DNA of 64,000 bases from an uncultured delta proteobacterium (GTDB lineage: Bacteria > Desulfobacterota > Binatia > Binatales > Binataceae): assembly GCA_963765675.1 (NCBI GenBank), contig CAVXXK010000001.1:1728001-1792000 (forward strand), in the 5' to 3' direction. The notes beneath the pieces were generated by a model, which did no database searches, was not told the DNA's origin, and worked only from the letters and a program-made list of their open reading frames with translations. The translations under genes and the position numbers were made by a program. Positions 50,293-61,522 of the stretch are shown piece by piece; within the stretch, counting starts at the first letter, position 1; every line of letters starts with the position of its first letter.

Positions 50293-51059
50293 CCGAAGGC
50301 GCGATCCGCAAAATCCTCGAAAGCGTCGCGGCTGGAACTGTGACCGCGGCGGCCGCGATGCGCGAGCTGCGCGAGCTGCCGTTTCAGGACTTGGGCTTCG
50401 CCAAGCTCGACGGGCATCGCACGCTGCGCCGGGGAGTGCCCGAGGTGGTTTTTGGCGAGGGCAAAACCGCGGCGCAGATCATCGCGATCGGAAAGAGCGT
50501 GGTCGCGTCGGGCAGCAATCTGATCGTCACGCGGCTCGCGCCTGATAAAGCGCGCGCCGTGAAGAAGACGCTTCGCGCGATGACATATCATCCAGAGGCC
50601 GCTCTCGGCGCGATCGTAAAAGAGCGCCCGCGTCCGCGGGGACATGGCGAGATCATGATTATCAGCGCCGGCACCTCGGACATTCCCGTGGCCGAAGAGG
50701 CCGCGATCTGCGCCGAGCTGTTCGGCAACCGCGTCGCGCGCCTGTACGACGTCGGTGTTGCGGGGATTCATCGACTGACCGCGAATCTCGAAGCGGTCCG
50801 CCGCGCGAGCGTACTGATCGTCGTCGCGGGGATGGAGGGCGCGCTGCCCTCGGTGGTCGCGGGGCTCCTCGACAAGCCTGTCGTCGCGGTGCCGACGAGT
50901 GTTGGCTACGGGACCGCGTTCGGCGGAATCGCGGCCCTTCTCGGGATGCTCAATAGCTGCGCAAGCGGCGTGACGGTCGTCAATATCGACAATGGATTCG
51001 GCGCCGCTATCGCCGCGACGCTGATGAATCGCGTCGGAATCGAGCGCGACGCGGAGTAG
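50289..51059 (+). CDS. larB: nickel pincer cofactor biosynthesis protein LarB
   Basis: RRGVPEVVFGEGKT, AGTSDIPVAEEA, DVGVAGIHR, AGMEGALPSVV, VPTSVGYG, VVNIDNGFGAA. Confidence 0.92.
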   Translation: MTEGAIRKILESVAAGTVTAAAAMRELRELPFQDLGFAKLDGHRTLRRGVPEVVFGEGKTAAQIIAIGKSVVASGSNLIVTRLAPDKARAVKKTLRAMTYHPEAALGAIVKERPRPRGHGEIMIISAGTSDIPVAEEAAICAELFGNRVARLYDVGVAGIHRLTANLEAVRRASVLIVVAGMEGALPSVVAGLLDKPVVAVPTSVGYGTAFGGIAALLGMLNSCASGVTVVNIDNGFGAAIAATLMNRVGIERDAE

Positions 51060-52384
51060 TGATGGCGCGGCGCAGCTCAATTACCCAGGGCCGCGCGCGA
51101 CGCGCGATCAAGATGGGCGAGCTCGCGTCCCAGGTTGGTTCGAGCTACCTGTGGAATTCGATCCGGAGGCCGTTTCTCTCGCGCAGCGATCAGGATCGCG
51201 AGCTGCTCGAAACCCATATCCGCAACGCGCAGCGAATCGTCGAAAGCTCGACGCATCTGCGCGGCGCGTTCATGAAGCTTATCCAGATGCTCTCGATGCG
51301 GCAGGATCTTCTGCCGGGCGAGGCGCTCGACGTGCTGAAGGCGACGCAATCGAGCGTGCCGCCGATGAACTACTCGACCATTTCGGATCAGATTCGCCGC
51401 GAGATCGGAAAACGTCCCGAGCAGCTCTTTGCAAAGTTCGATCAGACCGCGTTCGCCGCCGCCTCGCTCGGCCAGGTGCATCGCGCGACCACGCGCGCCG
51501 GAATCGAGGTTGCGGTCAAGGTGCAGTATCCGGGCGTCGAGAAAACGGTCGAGCAGGATCTGGGAAATCTCAAGATGCTGCTGATGACGCTGCAGGCGAT
51601 CGGGCGCGACGTGATGCGCCAGAAGATCGATTGCAACGCGGTGTACAAAGAACTCGAAGAGCGTCTGCGCGAGGAGCTCGACTACGTGCGCGAGGCGCGC
51701 AACATGACCGAGTTCGGGCGATTGCTCGCCGACGACCCCGAGATAATGATCCCGTCGGTGGTTAAGGAGCTGAGCTCGCGCCGCGTGCTGACGATGACCT
51801 ACCTCGACGGCTATCCGCTCGCCGACGCGATGGGGCCGGAAGTCGATCTCGAACTGCGTCAGTGGGTCGCGCGCAAGGCGCAGGCGATGGTCTGGCGGCA
51901 AATCCTCGAGTTCGGAGTGCTGCACACCGATTTTCATCCGGGCAACTACGTGGTGAGCTATCATCCGCGGCTCGGGATTCTCGATTTCGGATCGATCCGG
52001 CGCTTCGCTCCGGCAGTGCGTAAGGCGTACTTGAAAGTCGCGCGCGGAATTGTCGATCTGGACGACCGCGCGATCGGAATCGGGATGCGCGAGCTCGGAT
52101 GGATCGAGCGCGGACAGGACCCGGCGCCGATGGTCGAAATAATCCACGTGCTGTTCGAGCCGATGATGGTCGAGCGCGAATTCGACCCGGCCGAGTACGA
52201 CTCGGTCGCCAAGGCGACGCGCGTCGGCGAGATCGCGTTCGAGCATCGCCTGTACAACTCGCCCGCGCATAGCGTGTTCCTGCTCCGTGCGCTGATCGGG
52301 CTCGAGGGAATTATGCGCAGGCTTGCGGTCAAGGCGAACTATCGCGAAATTTTCCGCGAGTGTGTCGAAAGCGCCGAGCGATGA
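51059..52384 (+). CDS. AarF/ABC1/UbiB kinase family protein
   Basis: AAASLGQVH, VAVKVQYPG, EELDY, HTDFHPGN, LDFG. Confidence 0.9.
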   Translation: MMARRSSITQGRARRAIKMGELASQVGSSYLWNSIRRPFLSRSDQDRELLETHIRNAQRIVESSTHLRGAFMKLIQMLSMRQDLLPGEALDVLKATQSSVPPMNYSTISDQIRREIGKRPEQLFAKFDQTAFAAASLGQVHRATTRAGIEVAVKVQYPGVEKTVEQDLGNLKMLLMTLQAIGRDVMRQKIDCNAVYKELEERLREELDYVREARNMTEFGRLLADDPEIMIPSVVKELSSRRVLTMTYLDGYPLADAMGPEVDLELRQWVARKAQAMVWRQILEFGVLHTDFHPGNYVVSYHPRLGILDFGSIRRFAPAVRKAYLKVARGIVDLDDRAIGIGMRELGWIERGQDPAPMVEIIHVLFEPMMVEREFDPAEYDSVAKATRVGEIAFEHRLYNSPAHSVFLLRALIGLEGIMRRLAVKANYREIFRECVESAER

Positions 52385-53250
52385 AGCGTTCCGACTCTCT
52401 GCCGCGCGACCGCGCGATTCTCGACGCGCTCGAGCGCCATCGCGATCATCATTTTCGCCGCATCCCCACACGCCGTATCAGCGGTGAAAAGAGCGCGCTG
52501 CGATTTATCGAGGATGTCGGCTTCTGCGCCGCGTTCGTCGCGGGACGCGGCGTTCCCTGCTTGCGCGAGGCGATCGTCGGCCAGCGCGAGCCCAAGGTGC
52601 CCGAGCATATCCAGCACGATTACGGAATCGGGATGACCTGGCGGATCAAGGACTCGCTGCCGAAAAAACGTCTCGTGTACTACGGCAAGGTGATCGCGGG
52701 ACGGCCCGGGTTTATCGCGCGCGACCTGCTCGGCGCGTTCCTGCGCCTGAGAATCGCGCCGGGCGGCTATGTGAAGCTGTATCAGCGCGGGATGCTCTCG
52801 CAGTGCGCGAAGCTGGTGATGGACGCACTCACGCGCAAGGGCGCGGCGGAGACTCGCGTGCTGAAGCTCTCGTCGGGTTACGCGCAGCCGAAAGCACGCG
52901 CGGCGTTTGACCGCGCGATGAAAGAGCTGCAGGAAAAATTCCTCGCGCTCAAAGTTGACGAGCTCGACGATCCATTCAGCTACGTGTGGGACACGCTGGA
53001 GCACAGGTGGCCCGACGCGCTGCGCGAGGCGCGCAAGCTCTCGCCGCGCGAGGCCGCCTACCGGATCGTGCGGTGTCATCTGGAGGTGGCCGCCTTCGCG
53101 AGCGAACGCAGCATCGCGCGAATCCTCGGCATCGCGCCGGAGCTGGTGGACGCTGCCCTGCGCAGGCTCGTGCGCGAAAAAGCAGTCGTGCGCGCGATCC
53201 GAATCAAGGACTATCCCGGCGAGCTGACGATCCTCCGCGAGTTCGTGTGA
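52381..53250 (+). CDS. AlkZ/YcaQ-related winged-helix protein
   Basis: FIEDVGF, W..KDSL, YYGKV..GRPGF, LQEKFL pattern; family assignment from memory. Confidence 0.55.
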   Translation: MKRSDSLPRDRAILDALERHRDHHFRRIPTRRISGEKSALRFIEDVGFCAAFVAGRGVPCLREAIVGQREPKVPEHIQHDYGIGMTWRIKDSLPKKRLVYYGKVIAGRPGFIARDLLGAFLRLRIAPGGYVKLYQRGMLSQCAKLVMDALTRKGAAETRVLKLSSGYAQPKARAAFDRAMKELQEKFLALKVDELDDPFSYVWDTLEHRWPDALREARKLSPREAAYRIVRCHLEVAAFASERSIARILGIAPELVDAALRRLVREKAVVRAIRIKDYPGELTILREFV

Positions 53251-53255
53251 TCGGC

Positions 53256-53712
53256 AAGCGATTAGTGTAGGAAGGCCTGAGCTGGTTGCACTAATCGCTT
53301 CGCGGAGATCCTTCGCCTACGGCTCAGGATGACATCGACGGATGGGCGGTTCTGAGTGTGTCATTCCCGCGCGTGGCAGCCGCGCGAGGAGTCCGGTACT
53401 CGGCCCTTGGTCTCCGCGCTACTCGCGGATGAGTGCATGGCCGCCTCGGGATTTCTCCCTTCGGTCGAAATGACGATTTGGGGGGTTTAGCTGAGATACG
53501 ACACTTATCCACCGAGACCCATATATTGATCAGCCGCCGAGTCTCACATATTCATCCGCCGTGTCTCCGTCCGTCATTTCGACCGAAGGGAGAAATCCCG
53601 AGGCGTTCATGCGACGGTCCACGCCTCATGCAGCGGCCTTTCGAAATGGGATTTCCTTCGATTCCGCTCAGGACAGGCTCGCGCGCGCGGCAGCCACGCG
53701 CGGGAATGACAC
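53256..53712. repeat. nested inverted-repeat mosaic
   Basis: 46-bp unit 53288-53333; gtgtcattcccgcgcgtggc (about 53358) pairs with gccacgcgcgggaatgacac (about 53712); cgcctcgggatttctcccttcggtcgaaatgacg pairs with cgtcatttcgaccgaagggagaaatcccgaggcg. Confidence 0.85.
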
Positions 53713-53802
53713 ATTGCCATGCGCACTTGTGATGATCCTGAGAATCGTTTTATAGACACAGCTCCGGCGCGCGCGCTGCGCGAACCGAATCTGGAGGTTA
53801 CC

Positions 53803-54735
53803 ATGCCGCTCGATCCAGCCGTCAAAGCGATGCTCGAAAATATGAAGGCCGCGGGTTTTCCCGAACTCGATTCGCTGCCTCCCGTGCAGCTTCGCAAAGT
53901 CACCGCGGAAATGTTCGCCGCGCAGCGTCTCAAGCCCGAGGCGATCGCCCGTGTCGAGGATCGCAAGATTCCCGGTCCCGCCGGGTCGATTCCGGTGCGC
54001 GTTTACACGCCCTCGGGCAACGGCCCGTTTCCGGTGCTGGTGTTTTATCATGGCGGAGGATTCGTGATCGGCGATCTCGACAGCCACGACGGCGTATGCC
54101 GCGCGCTCGCGAATCAGGCGGGATGCGTAGTCGTCGCGATCGATTATCGATTAGCGCCGGAGCACAAGTATCCCGCCGCGGTCGAGGACTGCTTCGCCGC
54201 GACCCGCTACGTCTCAGAGCATCCGGCGGAGTTCAATATCGATCCGAAGCGGCTCGCGGTCGGAGGCGACAGCGCGGGCGGAAATCTCTCGGCGGTAATC
54301 TCGATTCTTGCGCGCGACCGCAAGGCGCCGGCGATCGCGTTTCAGTTGCTGGTCTATCCGGCGACCGACATGGCGTGCGACACCTACTCGCACAAGACCT
54401 TCACCGATTATTTTTTGACCGACCGTTCGATTCGCTATTTCCTTGGCCACTACCTGCGCGACGGCGCGGACAAGAAAGATCCGCAGGCGTCACCCGCGCT
54501 CGCGGCGAATCACAAGGGCCTGCCGCCCGCGCTCATCATCACGGCCGAGTTCGATCCGTTGCGCGATGAGGGCGAGGCGTATTGCGCCAAGCTGAGCGCC
54601 GCCGGCGTTCCCGCGAAGTTCACGCGCTACGACGGGATGATCCACGGCTTCTTCACGATGGGTGAGATGCTGCCGCAGGGAAAGAAAGCGGTTGCCGAGG
54701 CCTCGGCGGCGCTGCGCGCAGCCTTCGCGCGCTAG
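53803..54735 (+). CDS. HSL-family esterase/lipase
   Basis: HGGGF, YRLAPE, GDSAGG, DPLRDEG, HGF. Confidence 0.92.
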   Translation: MPLDPAVKAMLENMKAAGFPELDSLPPVQLRKVTAEMFAAQRLKPEAIARVEDRKIPGPAGSIPVRVYTPSGNGPFPVLVFYHGGGFVIGDLDSHDGVCRALANQAGCVVVAIDYRLAPEHKYPAAVEDCFAATRYVSEHPAEFNIDPKRLAVGGDSAGGNLSAVISILARDRKAPAIAFQLLVYPATDMACDTYSHKTFTDYFLTDRSIRYFLGHYLRDGADKKDPQASPALAANHKGLPPALIITAEFDPLRDEGEAYCAKLSAAGVPAKFTRYDGMIHGFFTMGEMLPQGKKAVAEASAALRAAFAR

Positions 54736-54745
54736 CGGGCGGGAA

Positions 54746-55483
54746 TCACCACTGCTCGTAGTGGACGGCGCGACGCTCGTAGCCCGCGCCGCGAAACAGA
54801 TCGCGCAGGGCGATCACGCCCTTGCCGACGCCGCAGATATAAAACTGCCGCGTCCGGTTCGTATCGCCGCCGACCCATCGACGATTTCCTTCGTCAAGCA
54901 GGCGGGGATAGAGCTCGGTCTCGGGCGCGATGATCGTCTCGAAATGAAAACCCGGATCGCGCGCCGCGAGCTGCTCGAATTCCGCACGGTAGAGGAGCTG
55001 CTCGGGCGAGGGCGCGGCGTATAGCAGTGTCATCGCCAGATGCGCTCCCGCGCCGGCGCGATGAATCATCGGACGAATCGGCGCGATTCCAGTCGCGATC
55101 GCGATAAAGATGGTCTCCGCCGCCGGGGCTCGTTCAAGCGCGAACGCGCCGAACGGGCCCGAAAATCCGATCGCTTCGCCAACCGCGCGCGCGAACAGCC
55201 ACTGCGCGCCGCGGCCGTTCGCGACCCGATTGAAGCAGATCTCATACGGCGCGCCGTCCTCCGGCTGGGAAGCGATCGAGTACGCCCGCGTGCGGGTCTC
55301 GTCGCCGAGCGGAATCGCAATCGAAATGAACTGGCCGGGCAGGAAGTGGATTTCACTTTTGTCGGCCGTCGCGAGGAACAAGGATCGCGTGTCGGGCGCG
55401 TGATCGAAAATCCGCTCGATCGTCGCGCTCCGCAGCGGCCTGCCGCCCGGTCCGGTCGTCGCGGGCGGAGACTCAGTGCTCAT
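54746..55483 (-). CDS. FAD/NAD(P)-dependent ferredoxin reductase-like oxidoreductase
   Basis: PGQF, RAYSIAS, GPFG, ATGIAPI, FYICG, HYEQW. Confidence 0.85.
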   Translation of the reverse strand: MSTESPPATTGPGGRPLRSATIERIFDHAPDTRSLFLATADKSEIHFLPGQFISIAIPLGDETRTRAYSIASQPEDGAPYEICFNRVANGRGAQWLFARAVGEAIGFSGPFGAFALERAPAAETIFIAIATGIAPIRPMIHRAGAGAHLAMTLLYAAPSPEQLLYRAEFEQLAARDPGFHFETIIAPETELYPRLLDEGNRRWVGGDTNRTRQFYICGVGKGVIALRDLFRGAGYERRAVHYEQW

Positions 55484-55850
55484 CGGCGGATTCGCTCGCA
55501 AGGTTGATCGTGAACTTGGGTATCACGACCGTGATCTCGGCCGCAGGATCCTCGACCACTGCCTGGCATCCCAGGCGCGAGGTCGGCGTCAGCCCGGGCG
55601 CTTTGTCGAGCATGTCTTCCTCCTGCTCCTCGGCCTCGCTAAGCCGGTCGCCGCCCTGCTTGATAATCACGTGGCAGGTAGTGCATGCGCAGTTGCCGCC
55701 ACATGCATGTTCGAGATGAATCTTATGGCCGAGCAGGATATCGAGAATCGATCCGGGTTTGCCGTCGTGATGAAACGGCGCCTTGGCCGGGTCGAACTCG
55801 ATGATCCGTTCCGGATCTCCATTTTCAAAAATTACTCTAAGCTTCGCCAT
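55473..55850 (-). CDS. fdx: 2Fe-2S ferredoxin (ISC/adrenodoxin type)
   Basis: HACGGNCACTTCHV...SRLGCQ. Confidence 0.9.
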   Translation of the reverse strand: MAKLRVIFENGDPERIIEFDPAKAPFHHDGKPGSILDILLGHKIHLEHACGGNCACTTCHVIIKQGGDRLSEAEEQEEDMLDKAPGLTPTSRLGCQAVVEDPAAEITVVIPKFTINLASESADEH

Positions 55851-55933
55851 TTCCGTTAAGTTCAAGACTATTGGTCGCGGCGCATCCATGAAACCGGGCA
55901 GTCATTAGACTGACGATAGGCGAATCAGGCGGC

Positions 55934-55962
55934 TTGCGTATTCGCCGTCTTTTCGCCATGAT
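55934..55962 (+). promoter_or_regulatory. lexA promoter with candidate operator TTCGCC-N5-TTCGCC
   Basis: ttgcgt (-35) and catgat (-10) 17 bp apart, flanking an 11-bp-period direct repeat. Confidence 0.55.
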
Positions 55963-56001
55963 TAGCCAAACGAGGTCGATGACTTCGGAGGGGACACGCG
56001 A

Positions 56002-56616
56002 ATGACCACGCTTACCAAGCGCCAGAAGCAGATGGTCGATTACCTGGAAAGCTACATCAGCCAGAACGGCTACGCGCCCACGCTGGCCGAGGTCGGGGAA
56101 TATTTCGGACTGTCGTCGCTCGCGACCGTGCACAAGCATCTGCGCAATCTCGAACAGAAAGGATTCATCCGCCGCCAGCACAATCACAGCCGTGCGCTCG
56201 AGATGTCCCCGGTCGACGGCAAGGGCAGCGCGGGTGCGCATCGAATCGTCTTGGCAGGGCAGGTCGCCGCAGGCACACCGATCGAGGCGATTGAAACCTC
56301 GGAGACGATCAGTGTACCGGAAGAATTTATACGGCGTGAAGAAACTTTCTGTCTGCGCGTCAAGGGCGATTCGATGATCGAAGACGGGATTCGCGACGGC
56401 GATTATATAATCGTCGAGTCGCGTGACAGCGCCGACAACGGCGAGACTGTCGTCGCGCTGGTGGGAAACGAAGCCACGGTCAAGAAGCTATACCGTGAGT
56501 CTGACGGCCGCGTGCGCCTACAGCCCGCGAACGCCGCGATGCAACCGATAATGGTCGATCCGGCGGAGCTTGCGATTCGCGGGGTGGTCGTCGGACTGAT
56601 GCGCCATTACCGCTGA
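56002..56616 (+). CDS. lexA: SOS repressor LexA
   Basis: LTKRQ, GYAPT, VAAG cleavage site, VKGDSM Ser, ATVKK Lys. Confidence 0.95.
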   Translation: MTTLTKRQKQMVDYLESYISQNGYAPTLAEVGEYFGLSSLATVHKHLRNLEQKGFIRRQHNHSRALEMSPVDGKGSAGAHRIVLAGQVAAGTPIEAIETSETISVPEEFIRREETFCLRVKGDSMIEDGIRDGDYIIVESRDSADNGETVVALVGNEATVKKLYRESDGRVRLQPANAAMQPIMVDPAELAIRGVVVGLMRHYR

Positions 56617-56650
56617 ACCTGGGCGCGGGTGGGTTCGTTCGCGGGCGCGG

Positions 56651-57457
56651 CTAAGCGTTTGCTGCCAGCCGGGAGCGAATTGGAATCCGCACAATAAAAG
56701 TCGAACCTTGACCATGGCCGGTTTCGACCTCGAGCGTCGCATCCAGAGCTTCCAGATTTCGCTTAACCACCGACAAGCCGAGCCCCATTCCGCGGTAGCG
56801 TCGGCGGCTGCTGCTCGAGAGCTGGGCGCATCGCGCGAACGCGGCCTCGATCCGCGAACGATCGATTCCTGGTCCGCTATCGCGGACCCGCAACTCGATT
56901 TCGTGCGGATATTCCGGATCAGGATTAGCGCGGAACGAGATACTGACCGATCCCCGGCCGGTGAACTTGATCGCGTTTGCGGCCAGGTTCAGCACGATCG
57001 CTCGCAGCGGACGATGCCGGATGCGAATTCCTGCCGCCGCGCCGGGCAGATCAACCTCGAGGGCGAGATGCTTCTGATGGTTCGCGGCCTCTAGCGCAGG
57101 CATTATTTCCGCGATCAGATCGCCCAGCTCGATTTCATCGTCGAATTGGGCTTCGGCACCCGCTCCGGCGACCGCGAAATCCAGAACGTTTTCGACCGTT
57201 TGCGCCAGCTCGTAGGCGCTGATGTTGAGACGCTCGATAATCTTGCGCGGGCCCGCGCCGATCTCTCCGGTCAGGTCGTCGCGCAGGATATCCAAATAGC
57301 CGAGCAGGATTTGGATTGGAGTGCGCAACTCGTGCGCGAGATTCGCGAGCGATTCGAGCTGAACTCCGTGGTTCCAGCGACGAGAAACTGTCGCTGCACG
57401 GCGGCCGGATTTGCCAGCGTCGGCATCGAGCGGCCCAACTGGTGAAGAATAGGCCAA
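56651..57457 (-). CDS. cytoplasmic histidine kinase without obvious input domain
   Basis: AHELRTP, NLAANAIKFT, DSGPGI, GMGLGL, GQGSTF. Confidence 0.85.
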   Translation of the reverse strand: MAYSSPVGPLDADAGKSGRRAATVSRRWNHGVQLESLANLAHELRTPIQILLGYLDILRDDLTGEIGAGPRKIIERLNISAYELAQTVENVLDFAVAGAGAEAQFDDEIELGDLIAEIMPALEAANHQKHLALEVDLPGAAAGIRIRHRPLRAIVLNLAANAIKFTGRGSVSISFRANPDPEYPHEIELRVRDSGPGIDRSRIEAAFARCAQLSSSSRRRYRGMGLGLSVVKRNLEALDATLEVETGHGQGSTFIVRIPIRSRLAANA

Positions 57458-57727
57458 GTTGTTCTTTTACGGCCTTCGCTCGCCTATCCATCAGCCATTT
57501 CAAAATCGGCGAGCTAAATCATTCAGTCGTTTTTGACCGTATGAGAACGCAGTCGGGTGCCCAATCAGAAAAACCCCTAGTGAGATAGGAAAAAGTACCT
57601 AGTAGTGATGCAAAAATAACTTAGACGGATCATTCGATCCTGCGATTTGCCACTGCCGCGGCAAAATTTTGCCGACGCCAGTCGCGAACACTATGAGGCG
57701 TTCAATCCGACGCGCGCGCGGGCTCGA

Positions 57728-57952
57728 TCAGGCGGGCTTGATTGGGTTGTTGTCGGCGGGAGTCGGTGCGGGGGCGGGTTCGGCGGTCTTCTGGACCGGT
57801 TTGGGAGCTTCCTCGTCGTTCATGGCTTTCTTGAAGTCGCGGATCGCCTTTCCCAGAGCTCCGCCTACGTCGCCGAGCTTGCTCGGGCCGAATATCACCA
57901 GCACGATCACCAGGATCACGAGCAGATGCCAGGGAGCTAAGAGATCACCCAT
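57728..57952 (-). CDS. tatA: twin-arginine translocase TatA/E
   Basis: single TM, FGPSKL, LGKAIRDFKKAM. Confidence 0.92.
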   Translation of the reverse strand: MGDLLAPWHLLVILVIVLVIFGPSKLGDVGGALGKAIRDFKKAMNDEEAPKPVQKTAEPAPAPTPADNNPIKPA

Positions 57953-58033
57953 ATTATTCTCCGGCGGCCGGCAGCGGCCATCCTGCAAAAATTCTATATC
58001 CAGTCTGCCCGCATTGCTATCGGGGCGGTCGCG

Positions 58034-59463
<1,430 letters not shown>

Positions 59464-59467
<4 letters not shown>

Positions 59468-61158
59468 TGCCCGGCCGCCGCGCTCTGCGTCTGGGTTGCG
59501 ATCTCATGCCCCGGCAGCAAGATGGAGATCTTGGTGCCCTTGCCGACTTCGCTATCGACCCGGATAGTTCCCTTGTTGGAGAGAATCAGCCGCTGGCATA
59601 GCGACAATCCGAGCCCCGCGCCCGCGCCCGCGGGTTTGGTGGTGAAGAACGGATCGAACACGCGCTCGATATTTTCGCGCGGAATGCCGATGCCGTTGTC
59701 CTCCACGCGCATCATGATCCGGCGATGCTCGCCGGAAGAGCGGTTTTCGGTAAGGACTCGAATCGCGCCGCCCTGGCTGTGAGTCGCGTCGGCGGCGTTG
59801 TAAAGCAGGTTCAGCAGCACCTGCTGGATCTCGTTGTCGTCGGCAAAGACGGGCATTAACTCAGTAGCCAGGACCGGCTCGACAGTGATCCCGTTGAAGC
59901 GCTTGTCGTAGGTGATGATCCGGAGCGTATCCGTGATCATCTGGTTGATGTTGATCACCTTGTGCTGAGCGGTCGAGGGGCGGGCGAAATTCACCAGGTC
60001 TTTCAGCGTGCCCGAGATACGCGTGATCTGCGAAAGAATCGTGTGCAGGGTAGTGCGGCGCTGCAGGTCGGTCTCCGCGCTCAAGAGCGACTGCACCAGC
60101 GAGGAGATCGACGCGAGCGGATTATTGACCTCGTGCGCGACTCCGGCGGCGAAAGTGCCCGCCGCGGCCAGCCGCTCGGTGCGCAGCAGCGACTCGAGCA
60201 TCTCGCGCCGCTGGGTCACGTCGTGGAGGATCATCTGGATGAACTGCTTATTGCCGTACGAGATCAGTGCCGAGTTCACGTCAACGAAATACGGGCCAAT
60301 CGGCAGATCCAGAGTTTGATCGGAGCCGTTGTTCACCACGTTCTCGAGCGATTTGATCGTGGTCTCGCGCAGTTCGGGAGGCACGAACTCGATCAGCGAC
60401 TTTCCGATCGATTCGTGTTCCTTTTCGTCGCGGAACATGCTGATGGCCGCTGCGTTCATTCGCAGCACCTTCCAGGTGCCGGGCTCGATTTCGTACATCG
60501 GGTCGGGCGCGTGATCGATCGAGTTGCGGTATTTTTCCTCGGACGCACGCAGCAGACGCTCGCGCGATTCGATATAGAACTGCGAGACCATCAGGCGCCG
60601 CTCATCGACCGCCGCGACCACCGCGTTGCGCACCCGCTCCTGCTTCGCCCAATGCATCGACGCCGCGACGTGGTTCAGGATGATCTGTTTGAGGGCGATA
60701 TGGATCGTGTTGAACTGTGAAGGTTTCGACCGCGCCAGCATCCCGTCCTGGCAGTGCCGCCGCAGGTAGATGTAGGTCGTCAGATCGTCGGGTTCGCGCA
60801 GATGGTTGTTGAACCGAATCAGAGAGTTCGACAATGCCTCGTGATGCGCTTGCTGATGATGCTCGTCGAGAGGAGGGGCACCCATGATACTTTGAATCGC
60901 CTGGCTCCATTGCTCCACGATTCCGTCGAAGTGCTCGTCGATCAAATTCGCCGCGGAGGCGCGCGCCTCGAGCGCTTCGGGAGTCCGGCTATAGACATCC
61001 GCACCGAACAGCCGTGCAAGCGTTTGTTCAATCACCAGGAGTTGCTGGCGAACCACTTCGACGTCTTCGTAGGTTGCGATGAGCCCGGCGTCGGTAGGTT
61101 CGCGCTGGACTTTCGACTTCGACACACGACAGCATCCGCAAAGCTTTTGTGCCTTCAT
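59464..61158 (-). CDS. PAS histidine kinase with N-terminal helical (globin/RsbR-N-like) domain; start uncertain
   Basis: PAS, AHEVNNPL, NLLYNAADA, DNGIGI, FFTTK, GLGL; no TM helix. Confidence 0.88.
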
Positions 61159-61473
61159 ATACTCGAATCCTTGCGGCTAAGATTCAGGAGCTGGCCGCAA
61201 ATGGGTGGGGTAAGAGCAGGTAAACTGACCGGTCTTTCGCGTGCATATATAACCGCTGCTGTTCCGAGATATAACATTCGCATTTTACCCAATCCAGCGA
61301 TGCGTCGTGGTCGTAGAGGCGATTCTTTGCAGCTTGCGAAGCAACCCTCCTGACCGCAGGGGCGCGATCGCCACGATTAAAAGATAAGTACGAAAACGTT
61401 GAGCGCCATCCCAATTAGGGGAGCTTACCGCCTGTGGAAGGGGGAAAATCCTCGAATTCAGTGGATTATTTGG

Positions 61474-61489
61474 TGGCACGGCTTTGGCT
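61474..61489 (+). promoter_or_regulatory. sigma54 -24/-12 promoter
   Basis: TGGCACGgcttTGGCT, GG-N10-GC spacing, 33 bp upstream of ATG 61523. Confidence 0.65.
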
Positions 61490-61522
61490 CTGTTTTTCGT
61501 GCGCCAAGGGACCCAGAGCCAG

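Noticed and set aside
53256-53712. CRISPR array or IS element
   Set aside because: Repeats are inverted and nested rather than regularly spaced direct repeats; no cas or transposase gene.
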